Origin: Botryllus schlosseri
Lineage: Eukaryota
Direction: 5' to 3'
DNA length: 64,000 bases
Assembly: GCA_051294905.1 (NCBI GenBank)
Contig: CM119371.1
Span: 13,456,001 to 13,520,000 of the forward strand
This document shows positions 13,106-26,010 of this stretch, one piece after another. Each line of letters begins with the position of its first letter. Positions within the stretch are counted from its first letter, which is position 1. Under the pieces are notes generated by a model. The model saw only the letters and a program-made list of their open reading frames with translations, did not search any database and had not been told where the DNA came from. A program made the translations under genes and the position numbers.

Positions 13106-15101
13106 ATAAGACTCTTACAAGCCCCATGTTTTGGTATGCCCAAAGAGTCGATCGAATGCTAATCTCTTTCAAGTTGAGAGGAAAAGGACACGTTATGGTA
13201 TGCCCAAAGAGTCAACAGAGTGCCGAACTCTTTCACAAGCCCAGTGTCACGAAGAAGACACATTTTGGTAAGCGCAAAGAGTCAGCAGAATGCCAATCTC
13301 TTTTACAAGACCAGTGCCGAAAAGAAGGTGGCACATTTTGGCATGCACAAAGAGTAGACTGAATGCCAATCTCTTCTACAAGCCCAGGGCCGAGAAGAAA
13401 AGAACTCGTTTTGGTATGCCAAAGAGTCAACTGAATGCTGATCTCTTTTACAAGCCCAGTGTCACGAAAAAGACACATTTTGGTATGCGCAAAGAGTCAG
13501 CTGAATGCCAACCTCTTTTACAAGACCAGTGCCGAGAAGAAAGAGACACATTTTGGTATGCGCAAAGAGTCAGCTGAATGCCTATCTCTTTTACAAGTCC
13601 AGTGTCGATAAGAAAAAGACACATTTTGGTATGCGCAAAGAGTCAACTGATTGCCGATCACTTCTGCAAGACCAGTGTAAAGAAGAAAAGACACCTTTTG
13701 GTATGTATAATGAGATTTTTCAGTACTATCCTCTCATGCAAGCAAGGTGTTACAAGGAAAAGTAATGGAGCAAGGAATATTCAAGGCACCACTGCAGTAT
13801 TTGAGTGTGTTGTGCCATAGTCTCCAAGTCAAGATTTATGAGGAACAGACACATTTTGGTATGCGCAAAGAGTCCACAGAAAGATAATCTCTTTTACAAT
13901 CCCAGTGTTGAGAAGAAAAGGACACGTTTTGGTATGCCCAAAGAGTCAACTGACAGCCGAACTCTCTTGCAAGCCCGATGTCACGAAAAAGACACATTTT
14001 GGTATGCACAAAGAGTCGGCAGAATGCTAATCTCTTTTATAAAACCAGTGCCGAAAAGAAGGAGACACTTTCGGTTTGTGCAAAGAGTCGACTGAATGCC
14101 AATCTCTTTTAGAAGCCCAGTGTCGAGGAGAAAAGGACACGTTTTAGTATGCCAAAAGAGTCAACTGACTGCTGAACTCTTTTTACAAGCCCGGTGTCAC
14201 GAAAAAGACACATTTTGGTATGCACAAAGAGTCAGCAGAATGCCAATCTCTTTTACAAGACCAGTGCCGAGAAGAGACACATTTTGGTATGCACAAAGAG
14301 TCAGCTGACTACCAATCTCTTTTACAAGTCCAGTGTCAATAAGAAGAATACACATCTTGGTATGCGCAAAGAGTCAACTGATTGGCGATCACTTCTGCAA
14401 GACCAGTGTTAAGAACAAAAGACACCTTTTGGTATGTACAAAGAGATTTTTCTGTCTCATTCTCAAATTCAAGCAAGGTGTTATAAAGAAAAGTAATGGA
14501 GCAAGGAATATTCAAGGCACCGCTGTGGTATTTGAGTGTGTTGTACCATAGTCTCCACATCAAGATTTATAAGTAACTGACACATTTTGGTATGCGCGAA
14601 GAGCTAGCTGCAGACTCGTACAAACTACTGGATTTTCAAAAAGCGCAAATAGAACTACAACTACTCACTTTTCAAAACTAGCAACTACAACTAAAACTAG
14701 AACTACTCAATTTTCAAAACTCTTAACTAGAACTGAAACTAGAACCAACGACATTTAAAAATGAATACACCGCACAGTACAGTGCAAACTTTCGACTTAG
14801 CCCGCCAACGTACTTTCTGCTTCTCATTCTCAGAAAATTAATTGCCAACCTCTGGCGTAGAGGTTCCCAAGTCCTTGAATGTTAAGACCCGTACTGAACT
14901 GGATTTCATTCTCCTAGGCAACACATTAATTTTTATTTTATCGGAAATATTATACCTAGAATCGACTTCTTAAAACGACGGGGTTTCGAGTTTGAAATGG
15001 GAGAGATTTCGACCCCAAAACTCACCCGTTGGGGACGCCACTGTTTGGACTGATGACTCAGAGCTAGTAATGGCTGCACGTGCACAAACCTCATTAAACA
15101 G

Positions 15102-15209
15102 CTTCTTGGAGGTAAGGAACATCAATATACAATTGACTATTGCTGACGATTACCCCTGATGAGTGTCAGCCGAAAATATTCGGGTTCATTTCAATATGAA
15201 CATACTATT
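15102..15209. mobile_element. 108-bp PLE-type insertion (inverted tail plus forward hammerhead)
   Basis: 17-bp direct repeat CAAACCTCATTAAACAG at 15085-15101 and 15210-15226. Confidence 0.75.
15142..15185 (+). ncRNA. Minimal type-I hammerhead ribozyme, family A (intact)
   Basis: ACCC-CUGAUGA-G(UGUCAGC)C-GAAA-AUAU-UC^-GGGU; palindromic stem III AAUAUU; upstream GCUGAC pairs with loop II GUCAGC; predicted cleavage after 15181. Confidence 0.8.
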
Positions 15210-16169
15210 CAAACCTCATTAAACAGAACACCGGTATATCGATTCAGGCAAAACGACGGTACCTGCTTTCTATTTGTTCGGCAACTAATATGTTTTTCAA
15301 ATGTGAAACTAGAACTAGCACTACTTACTTTTCAATATCCGCAACTAGAACTACTCACTTTTTGAAATCCACAACTAGAACTATTAAAAAAAAACGTTAG
15401 TCGACCATCAAGTCTGGTCAACTGAATGCTAATCTCTTCTACAAACCCAGTGTTAAGAAGAAACAGACACGTTTTGGTATGCCCAAAGAGTCAACTGAGT
15501 GCCGAACTCTTTTACAAGCCCGGTGTCACGAAAAAGACACATTTTAGCATGCACAAAGAGTCAGCAGAATGCCAATCTCTTTTACATGACCAGTGCCGAG
15601 AAGAGACACATTTTGTTATGCGCAAAGAGTCGACTGAGTGCCAATCTCTTTTGCAAGTCCAGTGTCGAGGAGAGAAAGACACATTTTGGTATGCGTAAAG
15701 AGTCGACCGAGTGCCAAACCCTTTTACAACCCAGTGTAAAGAAGAAAAGATACCTTTAGGTATATAAAGATACCTTTAGGTACATTTTTAATAAATCATG
15801 CTTACTCTCAATAACAGCGGTTCTCAAACTTTTTCAGACAAGCCCCCTTTATGATAGTGAAAAATTTCGACCCCATTATCATCATATCACAAAATGTAAC
15901 CGAATGCTAGCAATACCAACAGATAGATAGTTTAATGGCATAGGTTATGATTGTTGATGAGAGGAATCTCAAATATAAAATTCCAAGTATAGACACAGCA
16001 ATAAGTTTAAATTGTGGGTAAATCGAGTAGGCCTAGAGTGCGAAAAATATTTTCAGGTGACCACAGCTTCACCCGCTCGCCCTTTCCCCCAAGAGGGGCA
16101 CGCCACTTAGTTTGAGAACGACTGCTCCAATTTAAAAATCTTATTTTTTTCTTCGTTTTTCTTATATAT

Positions 16170-16368
16170 ATATCGACTGTAGCAAGAAACCGAACACCAG
16201 CAAAAACAGAAAGATGCGAGCGTTGTACACTATTGAATGAGGTGTGACATAATACTTGGGGTGATAGTATCTTTTTCGCCGAGTCTTCGATTCAGAATTT
16301 CTTTCAAAATCTTCGGCACGCACTTGAACAACGTTCTTGATGCAGTGCTTGATGACTTTAGGTCACAG
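16170..16368 (-). pseudogene. GPS (GAIN autoproteolysis) motif remnant
   Basis: SACRRF*...QRSHLSVFAGVRF; HL^S-x-F-A-G matches the GPS cleavage consensus, and the R codon CGC is one change from Cys TGC. Confidence 0.6.
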
Positions 16369-17804
16369 CTAAGTCGTAATGAAGAAGTGTTTTTGGAAAT
16401 TGATTAAAATCAAAATTCATAAATATGAATGCAAATAATTCGACTTCTTGCATAGAGGGCAGTGGTTCTCAACACTTTATTCGACACGCCCCCTTATTGT
16501 CATATCAAAAAATATTAAAGAGCAACCTTGACCCTTTCGCCGCGGGTGGATCCTAGAGGATCCATGCACAGTTTTTCACAAACACGCTTCAATCAATTAA
16601 CGACATCTTGCGTTGTAGGGGTCATAAACAGTTACAATGATCATCTATAAATAGCGTTTGTCGATAGGCATACGACCAGCTATATATAACCCATTGCCTT
16701 ATGGCATAACCTGTTCAAAATGCAGATTGAATACAGAAAAACGTTTCCCACAAAATACAATGTGTAGCTCAGTTCGCCTGAATGAACGCTAATCTTATAA
16801 TTCCTTATATCTTCCGTTCTACACGTCGTAAGCAGAGTTGTCGTTTTAGAGTAGTTGTTGATCGCAAGAGTTCATTGCAACCATAATATCGGGAATTAGT
16901 TGGATAGAACACGCTTCAAATTTGTGTGAAATAAAGCAATATTCTGTTACATGAAAAATGCCGCGCACGTATGAGCATTGCCGCATAAGGCCATATACAT
17001 TCACTTACGATTGTCTTATACAGTTGAATGTTACACACATAGTCAGATGCAGTCCATAACACTTCAACAAGATCAGTATCACGAAGTTTGGTCTTATATA
17101 ATTTACACGACGCCAGTGCTAAACACTGCAGACATGGGTGTGTAAGTTGGCGCGAGTGTATGGTACTCGCGCCTGTAATAACAACATCATACAGACAGTT
17201 GAATCATCCGTTTTATATGTTATACGAAGTTACTGTGGACTTCATTGAATAGATGTTGATCATATGCCCATATACTGACGAACCTGTATCGGACATTCGA
17301 TGTGTAGAACACGTTTCAAATTGATATGAAATGAAGCAACAAGAGAAATCGCGCGCCTATGAGAAGTGTCAAACTAGGCAATATATTTACTTACGATGGC
17401 CTTGTGCAGTTGCAAATTGAACATTTTGTTAGTTATGTACGATCAATAGTATCTATAAGATCAGTAACATGGATTTGGACTTATATAACTGGACCAGGCA
17501 AAGCCAAATAAACACGAATTACATCGCGCGTTGCCTCTATCGCGATGACGTAATCAGCGGCGGCCGTGAGTAACGCTTATAACGAAAACTTCCCAGTCGC
17601 GGTGCGCTCGGCTGCGTAAAGATTTCAAGCTCAGTAATGTCTTGTTTGAATGCCGAAATTGATATGTAAGACAACCACGTGGTCATTCACCATGGGAAGG
17701 ATTATGTATCACGTCATGTGAAAACGAAAAACAAATTTCTCTTTCACTTTTGAGAAATCGCGTAGACTGGTTTCAATATCATCGTCACCTCTCTCGCCTG
17801 AGCC

Positions 17805-17885
17805 TTCCGAGTAGCTCAGTTGGTTAGGCTGCTATTTCCTGATCACGGCGATATATTGGGCGTCGGTTCAAGTCCCGTTGTTCGC
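17805..17885 (+). mobile_element. tRNA-like pol III head (SINE or tRNA pseudogene)
   Basis: A box TAGCTCAGTTGG and B box GGTTCAAGTCC; no closing acceptor stem. Confidence 0.55.
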
Positions 17886-19926
17886 GTTTAATGAACTTTT
17901 TGGTTGATGCATTAAAATTTGGCCCGGAGGCCGACCGAAAAAATTTCCAGCTGGATATCTTGTTACACATAATCATGTGCAATGATAGCAAGTAGCTCAT
18001 GAATATTTTAGGGTTTTGGTGCCTAATCCCTTTTTACTCACGTAATCAAAAGACATATGCTCATTGAGTAGCCCAAGTCCAATCCAGTAATGGAATAAAT
18101 GATAGACCAATTAGAATATTCACAGAAAACTGTGGTACTAAAACAAACAATGTGATGTAAATACGTTAAAGCAGCTTACCTATATGGGTCAATGGCTACG
18201 CATCAAGGCTGCAAGTATCTGCAATCATTTCTAGTCAGTAGCAGGACTCATCTTTATATACCACTCTTCGGTCGGGGACCTTTTTCATCTGAAGAGCAAT
18301 ATTTGCCCATTTTTCTTTCCATTTCAACTCTCAAAGAGCAATACATGTCAATCAACTGTTACATCACAATTGAAAATTTGTGATGTCATGGTAGCACCTA
18401 TACAATCTCACTACATGGGATTCATCGTGTTGCGCCTCATTTTATCTGTAAAAACTCGTACTAATCATGCTTGCATAACCTAATTTGAGCATGTGAACCT
18501 CGAGTTACGAGAACTTGGCTTTGTAATGATCCTCCTTTTAAATGCAGGAACCCATGATCACGTGCGTAAGTGGAGCCAAACATGGTCACTACAGCAGTAT
18601 ATACCTAATGTATGGTGTGTTACATCAGTGACGTGGGGTCGGGGGAAGCAAGTGAGTCAGTTCGTCACCTGTCGCCACGAAAATTGTGAAACCTTCAATT
18701 GCCATTGGTATTTTCTATCGATGTTCATGAATGGCCAAATTTTAAACATTTTCCTTCCTAAATCAGGCGATTTGCATATTTAATATTTGAAAATAAAGCC
18801 TGAAACGAGAGGTTATGCACCGACGGGCCAAGCTTCGCAGTTGATACCGTAATCCATCGTAAAAGCTTACAATTTATATAAACTGATAATAATAGAATGT
18901 ATGATGATTAATTGCATGTCGCAACGATTCCGAAAATCTAAATACTGCTCGACTTCACAATTATCCAAGTATTTGGAGGAAACATATAACGCTACGTCAC
19001 ATGCCTACATATTATCGCCGGTAGTACAAAGCGACTTATCATTCAAGCTAGCTATGGCATTGTTTGATATTCGAGTTTGTAATTGAGAATGTCACTTATT
19101 CCACAGCAGTTCATTTCGCGCTGTAGATCAGGAAGACTGCATATTTAGTTGATAACTTCGTTGTCATATGGACGATGCCAAGTCTGCTATTCTCTTTCAT
19201 CAATCAATGTATCGTGCAATCCAAGATTTCGAGTCGGGTACATCAAATTCGTGAGCGATATTGGTCGCCAGCGCGACAGCAACTTAAATTTGGGGATTTT
19301 GAAAAGGGGGGTTTGAGCCCCTAACCGTGATGACGGCAATTGTCTTTACCTCTCACAAGACATGTTTATACTGTCACGAGAATAATTATTTTGGTCGTGA
19401 TGAAAATTAACTACCAAGTTGCTGCAATATTGATCAATTCAATTAATTCAATCAACTGCACAGAAACCAACTTCAAGCTCACCTTTATGCTGAACTTGTA
19501 GTGGACGGTCCTCACTATCTTCGAGTGACTAAGGGCTTCCAAGTATATGTAGTACACAACCTGTAATCAAGATACATATTCAAAACACCCCCCATCATGA
19601 AAATGGCTCGGTTCTAATTTTCTGATTGGACTTTTTGAAGAATATCAGGTCATTTTTCAAAGACTATGAACCACCAGGGATACGAAGTCAGAAATGAAGG
19701 TACCATTCGAAAGCAAGTTTCCGGCCCTAACTAATAAATTCACCTAGAAGTAAGTTTGAAATCTTGAAAAATTTATCAGTTTATAATCTGAATGTGACAT
19801 AGGAAATCACACATTTCAGTATGGCAAACCAGCCCCACTACTCTCCTACAATATATGGACATGAAGAGCTTCTTGGAGGTACAGAACTTCAATATACAAT
19901 TAAATAGTATATTCATATTGAAATGA

Positions 19927-19970
19927 ACCTGAATATTTTCGGCTGACACTCGTCAGGGGTAATCGTCAGC
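19927..19970 (-). ncRNA. Hammerhead ribozyme family A (one stem I mismatch)
   Basis: Same core CUGACGA/GAAA/UUC; the stem I 3' strand is AGGU. Confidence 0.7.
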
Positions 19971-20012
19971 AACTAGTAGAGAATTGGAAAGAACATTGTA
20001 TATCAACTAGTT

Positions 20013-20056
20013 GCTGACGATTACCCCTGACGAGTGTCAGCCGAAAATATTCGGGT
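20013..20056 (+). ncRNA. Hammerhead ribozyme family A (intact)
   Basis: CUGACGA 20027-20033, GAAA 20043-20046, UUC^ at 20052, stem I ACCC/GGGU. Confidence 0.82.
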
Positions 20057-20936
20057 TCATTTCAATATGAATATACTATTTAATATATGGACATATAATA
20101 ATGTATGCGATGACTGTACACTATAAAAAAAACAGAAATATGCCGGGGTTGTAAACTGTTAAAAGAGGTTTGACATGATATTTGGGTCGAATGTACCTTT
20201 TTTTCTGGACCTTCAATTGAGCGGTTCCTTCAAAATCTTTGTCAGATAACAAACTTTCTTCACACAATGTTGATGCCTTCTGGTGTCAGAGACCATTGTC
20301 AGAATGGAGAGGTCATTGCGAAAATTGTCTGTAATCAACATTGCTCAATATGACAACAGATATTTCTGCATCTTGTATATAACGGAAATCGCTTACATTT
20401 CATAACAACTGATGAGAGATAATATGGCATTATTTTCGTAATTGCCACGGCAAGAAACAAAATACAATCCTAAATTGATTTCACTATGCCGATTCTACTC
20501 ACATTATCAAAATACATATGCTTACCGAGTAAATCCAATTCATCATTGGCATAAAAAATACACCCATTGAAATCTTCACCGAAAACCGCAACACTAATCC
20601 AGAGCAATTTCATGTGCATATTTCCTAACAGGTCGCAGTAGGATGCTATTTATCAAGTCTGAAAGTATCTGCCATTTCTTATATGAATTTCAAGAAATGA
20701 AGCATATATCAGTAAAAAATTTCATTTTTCATTTTTCATAAATCATGATATTCTAGGGATGTGTACCAAGCTAATATTGTGTCGTCGGAAGCTAAGTAGC
20801 GGTTATAACAAATTGTGCCTGTGTGAAAGGTGACCATGACCATTCACCACTTTTGATTGCAAGCCCTTATGTTACAACCGTTGAATCGTGAATAGGGCTA
20901 TTATTTTTTGACATTTTTTGACATTACCAAAAACTA

Positions 20937-21780
20937 CCGTAATTTTCCATGTATAATGCACAAAATTTTACCGATTTTTTCCCCTAAAATAGGGGGTGCG
21001 TATTATACATAGGTACAGCAAGCCTTGAAAAAAAATCTTTCGATCAAAAACTTGAAATCACACCTTTGTTCATGCTTGTTTAAATCGAGCATCACCTCTA
21101 GCCATTGGGCCCGGTAATTCGTATTATAGAGTGTAACGCGCCGCGAAATAGAGAAGTGTGTTGCCAATTAACGAAAGCGTGTTTCTAATTAACGAGAGTC
21201 GTCTGCAAAGCACGCGATCTCTTGCTGAGTTGGTTTGCCGTTTGTATGCGAGCGAAATTAGGTCGCTGATTGCTACAAGCGTGCGTGGCAATCCATGTTG
21301 ATTCATCGCGTCAATGCCAGGCCTCAACAATCGCATACCCAAGAGGCCATGTGCGCAAGATATAATCGCTTGCGTAATCAGTCGCATCTCCAACAGGACT
21401 GGTGCGTCCGACATAACCGTTAGTCTGAGCATCTGTAATGTAATGTAATGTAATGTAATAGGCCACGTGCGCAAGATGTCGTGTGTCGCTAGCCTGAACT
21501 ATCGCGTCGCCGACCTCACAGGCTTTGGCTACTATCTACTCTAGTTTAGAGGCAATGCCGTTAATTGTATTATGATTAGCGATCATTATGTCATGATTGT
21601 TCGACAGTGACATAGCAAAACAGAACAACATCGAATACTAAACCGCAACTATTCATGTACTCATGCACTGCGAATACAGGATGCGTACTATACATGGGTA
21701 CAGGCTTTTTCCCAGAATATACACGTCATTTCAAGGGTGCGTATTATACATGGGGGCGCACTATATTCGGAAAATTACGG
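20937..21780. mobile_element. pogo/Tigger-type (Tc1-mariner superfamily) MITE
   Basis: TIR CCGTAATTTTCC with TA TSD; inverted copy at 25225-26010. Confidence 0.85.
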
Positions 21781-23339
21781 TAGTCAAAGTTATAGCGTTA
21801 GGTCAAAAAATTGTCAAAATTCAAATTGTTTTTGAAAACTGCATTTTATTGGTATCATAGAGGTTACACAGTCGGTGAACTCTTCATTTGATATTTTACA
21901 CCTTGTCAAAAAAATCGCCCCAGTTATGACTAAAGCCGGACCAGCACCTTCACCGATAACAGATATTCAATGGATAAGACCAAGAAAGACGACATCTGCA
22001 GGCTACAAGATATATATCAATATTGTTACTCTAGCAGTCGTAGACTGTAGTTTTCTGAGTCCCTCCTACCATGTGACATCACGAAAATTGCTGATACTTC
22101 TACTTCCGACGGCCGATAATGATTGTTCTTTCAAAGTGTGATGTTGACCCGATATTCTGCCAGGCTCAAGTTAAAACATCGCACTAACTTGCATGAGGAC
22201 TTTGTCAATTGTTTGCAGATTATTGTAGCATTAACGCTACTTACTATAGTCACGGATTCACGCTGTTCGGCCTACATACAGTAAGCAGAATTTGAATTAT
22301 TCCAAGTCTCGTTTGAATACATCTAGTGACGGAGTCGTTTCTCAAAATGTCAAACTGCCATTATTTTTAAAGAACACAATTTGCCTGGGTGTTAAATGCA
22401 GATACATTTTTAAAGAATCTGCAGTCATTTTGTCCGGTCAAATTAACCAGCATTCATATAGCGACTTCACTATACGCAGGTTACTACATCAAGAAATAAT
22501 ATCCTCAACTCACTGACGAAGGATATTCTCCAAATCCATAAATGCTGAGTCCTTAAAATGGTGCGGCTGAGCGAAATTATGCATAGCTCTTTCCGTGTCA
22601 CTTTTCACACACCAATACAGTGATGCTAGAATGTAGGCATCTCATGCAGACGTCGTCTGTCCACGAAAAACGCAGATGAAGTATTGAGCATTGGAAAATT
22701 GCTAACATTTGGCGAGCACAGAACCAGATCTAAATTGTGACCGTGATAATCAAAAAAAAATTCTTATCAAGCTTTGAACTGATTTTTTTATTCATGGTCA
22801 AGTTCAAAGTCATCAGTGTGGTAATTATAAAACCAAGGCACAGAACTCGTATAGCTTAATGGCAAAAAATATATATTCCCAATCCTATGAATCAGTGGTT
22901 CTCAAAGTGGGGGGCGTGAAAGCATCTGAGGATAGGCGTGAAGCCGCCTGAGAGAAATTATGTTGATACAACTCGGAATGAGTTCAATTTGTACTGAAAC
23001 TTCCACGTTCCAACAATGAAAATAATCTTAATTATATTTCGATTTTAAATATCATAATTGTGTTGTACCATCCACACACTGATGCTAGATTTTGACTGAT
23101 ACCTGAACGTGCAATAATCAGAAGATGTCTCTGAATGAAGTGTAATGGTGATAGATGTGCCATTGGTTTATGATTTAGCGTATGGTTAGGTATGTTTGAG
23201 CTAAGCTCGGGTAAGGTAATATAAGGCATTAGGCACAAAAATCGCAAAAATATCCATGTGCTACGCGTTACCATTGCATATGATTATGTTCAAAAGAATA
23301 CTTAACTGAGAAATATTACGTCCATCACTTTATGTATAG

Positions 23340-23760
23340 TCCGAATTCCCTATTTGAGAAAGTGTCTAACACCCAAAACACCTTCCATGCCAGCAAATAT
23401 TGTATTGGAATTGCAAACATTCTGGATGAACTTTTAAATATTTTCTGATATCACAATCGCGATCACGATCAGTATCATCAAATGGGGCACGTCGGAAAAG
23501 GTTTTCTTTGTTTCTCTTGTATGCCAAGTTTCTGGTATCAGCTTGTGTAACTCCCAGAATTTCAGCACACGTGTGCATTGATTTAGTTGTGGCTAAAGCA
23601 GTTTTGAAGATGTTGGCCAATATAAGGTATTTTGGGTATAAAAAAATGTTGCAACCAAGTTTTCTCTATGTCCCCGAGGCCGTGTTTACGATGACGTATA
23701 ATACATCTTTAAGACCACTTACTCGGAAGAGGTGTACAACAGTACAATACGAAATTAGGA
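23340..23760 (-). mobile_element. Decayed hAT (Buster-like) transposase fragment
   Basis: LPSK..., ATTKSMHTCAEIL and APFDDTDRDRDCDI resemble the PSK / HTIAE / PLSxxTxxRRI motifs; hAT TIR at 22893. Confidence 0.4.
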
Positions 23761-25224
23761 CAATTTAACAAAATAGGCTATTGATTTCAACCAGATTTTT
23801 ATGGCAACGAAAAAATGAGGTTTCATTTTTGATCAAATATTTCGGATTTACATTGCAGCAGTGCCGGCCTAGCCAGCTTACTAATGCAATTGATGGCAAA
23901 CTTGAACAAATAGCTAATTATAGTTGAGTAATTTAGGCTAATTAGAGCGATATGTCGGTAATCTAATTTTAATTTAAATTCATAAATGTTTTTCTTCCTC
24001 TAATTCTAAATCTAATCTAATCTAATTTCTGGTTTTCCTGAAAATGTTACAGAACTGTAAACCGGTAAACGTTTGCTGTACAGACATTTGCCATTCTCAA
24101 GCTTTTGAGAATGAACTCTGGTTTAGCGAGTTCGTGAATTCAAATTCCAATCTAATTTAGAAAAACCTGTATAGTCTTAATTTAAAAAAGCTGAAAATAT
24201 TTTAGTCAGCCAAGTCTGCTTGACGATAGCGGTATCTCAAACTATGGCGTTATCTGAAGTTTGTTTGATTAATTGACACATTACATGCCAATTAGAATCA
24301 TATTCAAATTACAAATACAGGTTTGTACAAAACTCGCTTCAAAACGCCAACCCTTTATTATTAAATCAATTCAATCTTCAACTCCATTCAAAATGTAATC
24401 CAATATACTCAACACCTTCAGAAGAGCTGAATTTTTCTGCTACATTGGCAGAAAGATGAAGGCTCACCTTCAAGCTGTCATTTGATAGAGACAACAATAG
24501 CAATATGTATGGGATGTCCCGGCCTTCGTAATCTTCCTTATCATGACGATATTCTTCCGAGTCAATGCAGTCATTGACCTAAACATAAAATCACATGTAA
24601 AGACACATATTGAAGAAAAGGTTTTTAGTAGTTATAAAGAAATATTTAAAAACTAGATATTGATCAACTAATACCTGAGGTCAAATTAGGTCAAAATTGT
24701 AGTGTTAGGTCAAAATATGTGAAAATTGTAAACAAAGTCAAAATTTTTTTACAACCTGCATTTCGTTTGCGTCGTAGATTTTGCACTGCCTGGGAACTTA
24801 TCATTTGACATTTTACAGCCTGTTGCCTACTTTATATGCCTCCGTTGTAGACAGCCCATTGTCTGCACATTGTGACATTCAAATAAAACAAATACGTTCG
24901 CATGGTCTTATGCTCAACGTAGCCTACCGCAAAATCCTAACTGAATCAAGACATCGCTTGGTTCTTATAACGAGGAAGGATAGACACTTTCTACACGAGA
25001 ATGTTGGACAGTATATTTCGTTTTACTGCAACAGATTTCTTTATTTCTACCATAATATGTGATGTAACTACTGGAGTTCTTCATAAGGTCAGATTTCATT
25101 AAAATCAAGTTTTTCGGTAAAAAATTTGTCAGTTTTTGAGTCAAAAAAGTTTTTTCAGGATAAACTTCTTCGAAAGGCAGACAGCTTACCATAAATAAAG
25201 ATAAGTAGTAAATCTCTAACATTA

Positions 25225-26010
25225 CCGTAATTTTCCAAGTATAGTACGCCCCCATGTATAATACGCACCCTTAAAATGGCGTGCAAATTCTGGGGAAAAG
25301 CCTGTACCCATATATAGTACGCACCCTGCATTTCAGTGCACAAATAGTTGCAATTTAGTATACGATGTCATTCTGTTTTGCGATGCCACTATTGAACAAT
25401 CATTATACAATTACCGGCATTGTCTTTAAACGATAGTAGATAGCAAAGCCTGCGAGGCCGGCAGCGCGATAGTTCAGGCTAGCGACACGACATCTTGCGC
25501 ACGAGGCCTATTACAGATGCGATTGGTCAAGCCAAGTTAGCCAACGGTTATGTCGTCCGCACCAGGCCTGTTGGAGATGCGACTGATTACGCAAGCGATT
25601 ATATCTTGCGCACGTGGCATGCTGTATATGCGATTGTTCAGGCCTGTCGTTGACGCCATGAATTGGCGAGGATTGCCGCGCGTGTGCAGCAATCAACCAA
25701 TTACCTAATTTCGCTCGCGTCAAAACGGCAAACCAATTCAGCAGACCGCGTGCTGTGCAGACGACTTCCGTTAATTGGCAACATGCTTCTCGTTTATTGG
25801 CCGCGCGTTACACTGATAATACGAATTACTGGGCACGATGGCTGTGAAATTGATGCGCGATTGGAAACAATCATGAAGAAAGGTGTGATTTCAAGTTTTT
25901 TATTGAGGGAGATTTTTTCACGGCTTGTTGTACCCATGTATAATACGCACCCCTCTATTTTAGGACAAAAAATCGTGAAAATTTTGCGTATTATACATGG
26001 AAAATTACGG
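25225..26010. mobile_element. pogo/Tigger-type MITE, second copy
   Basis: TIR CCGTAATTTTCC, TA TSD, nested in the hAT element at ~24680-26146. Confidence 0.85.

Larger units (their letters stand above)
14611..15416. mobile_element. hAT-like MITE with AACTAG/AACTAC repeats inserted in the satellite
   Basis: Termini CAGACT / AGTCTG; inserted at satellite site GTCARCTG (degenerate TSD). Confidence 0.6.
13110..15780. repeat. Tandem satellite of ~70-73 bp monomers with a ~730-bp higher-order unit; interrupted at 14611-15416
   Basis: Repeated GACACATTTTGGTATGCGCAAAGAGTCARCTGAATGCCAATCTCTTTTACAAG; ~135-bp spacer at 13712 and 14443. Confidence 0.9.
19863..20081. mobile_element. 219-bp PLE-type insertion with two inverted hammerheads
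   Basis: 13-bp TSD AATATATGGACAT (19850-19862, 20082-20094); ~77-bp inverted arms. Confidence 0.8.

Noticed and set aside
13045..15759. Many overlapping ORFs, an LRR-like reading (LRIPKCVF..DTGL) and a CRISPR-like periodic look in the satellite
   Set aside because: Monomers are 70-73 bp, so the frame shifts constantly and the LRR-like reading needs a frameshift in each unit. There are no unique spacers or cas genes, and the context is eukaryotic.
17805..17885. Functional tRNA gene
   Set aside because: A and B boxes are present but the acceptor and anticodon stems do not close; treated as a SINE head or pseudogene. The same applies to 612-687 and 50110-50170.
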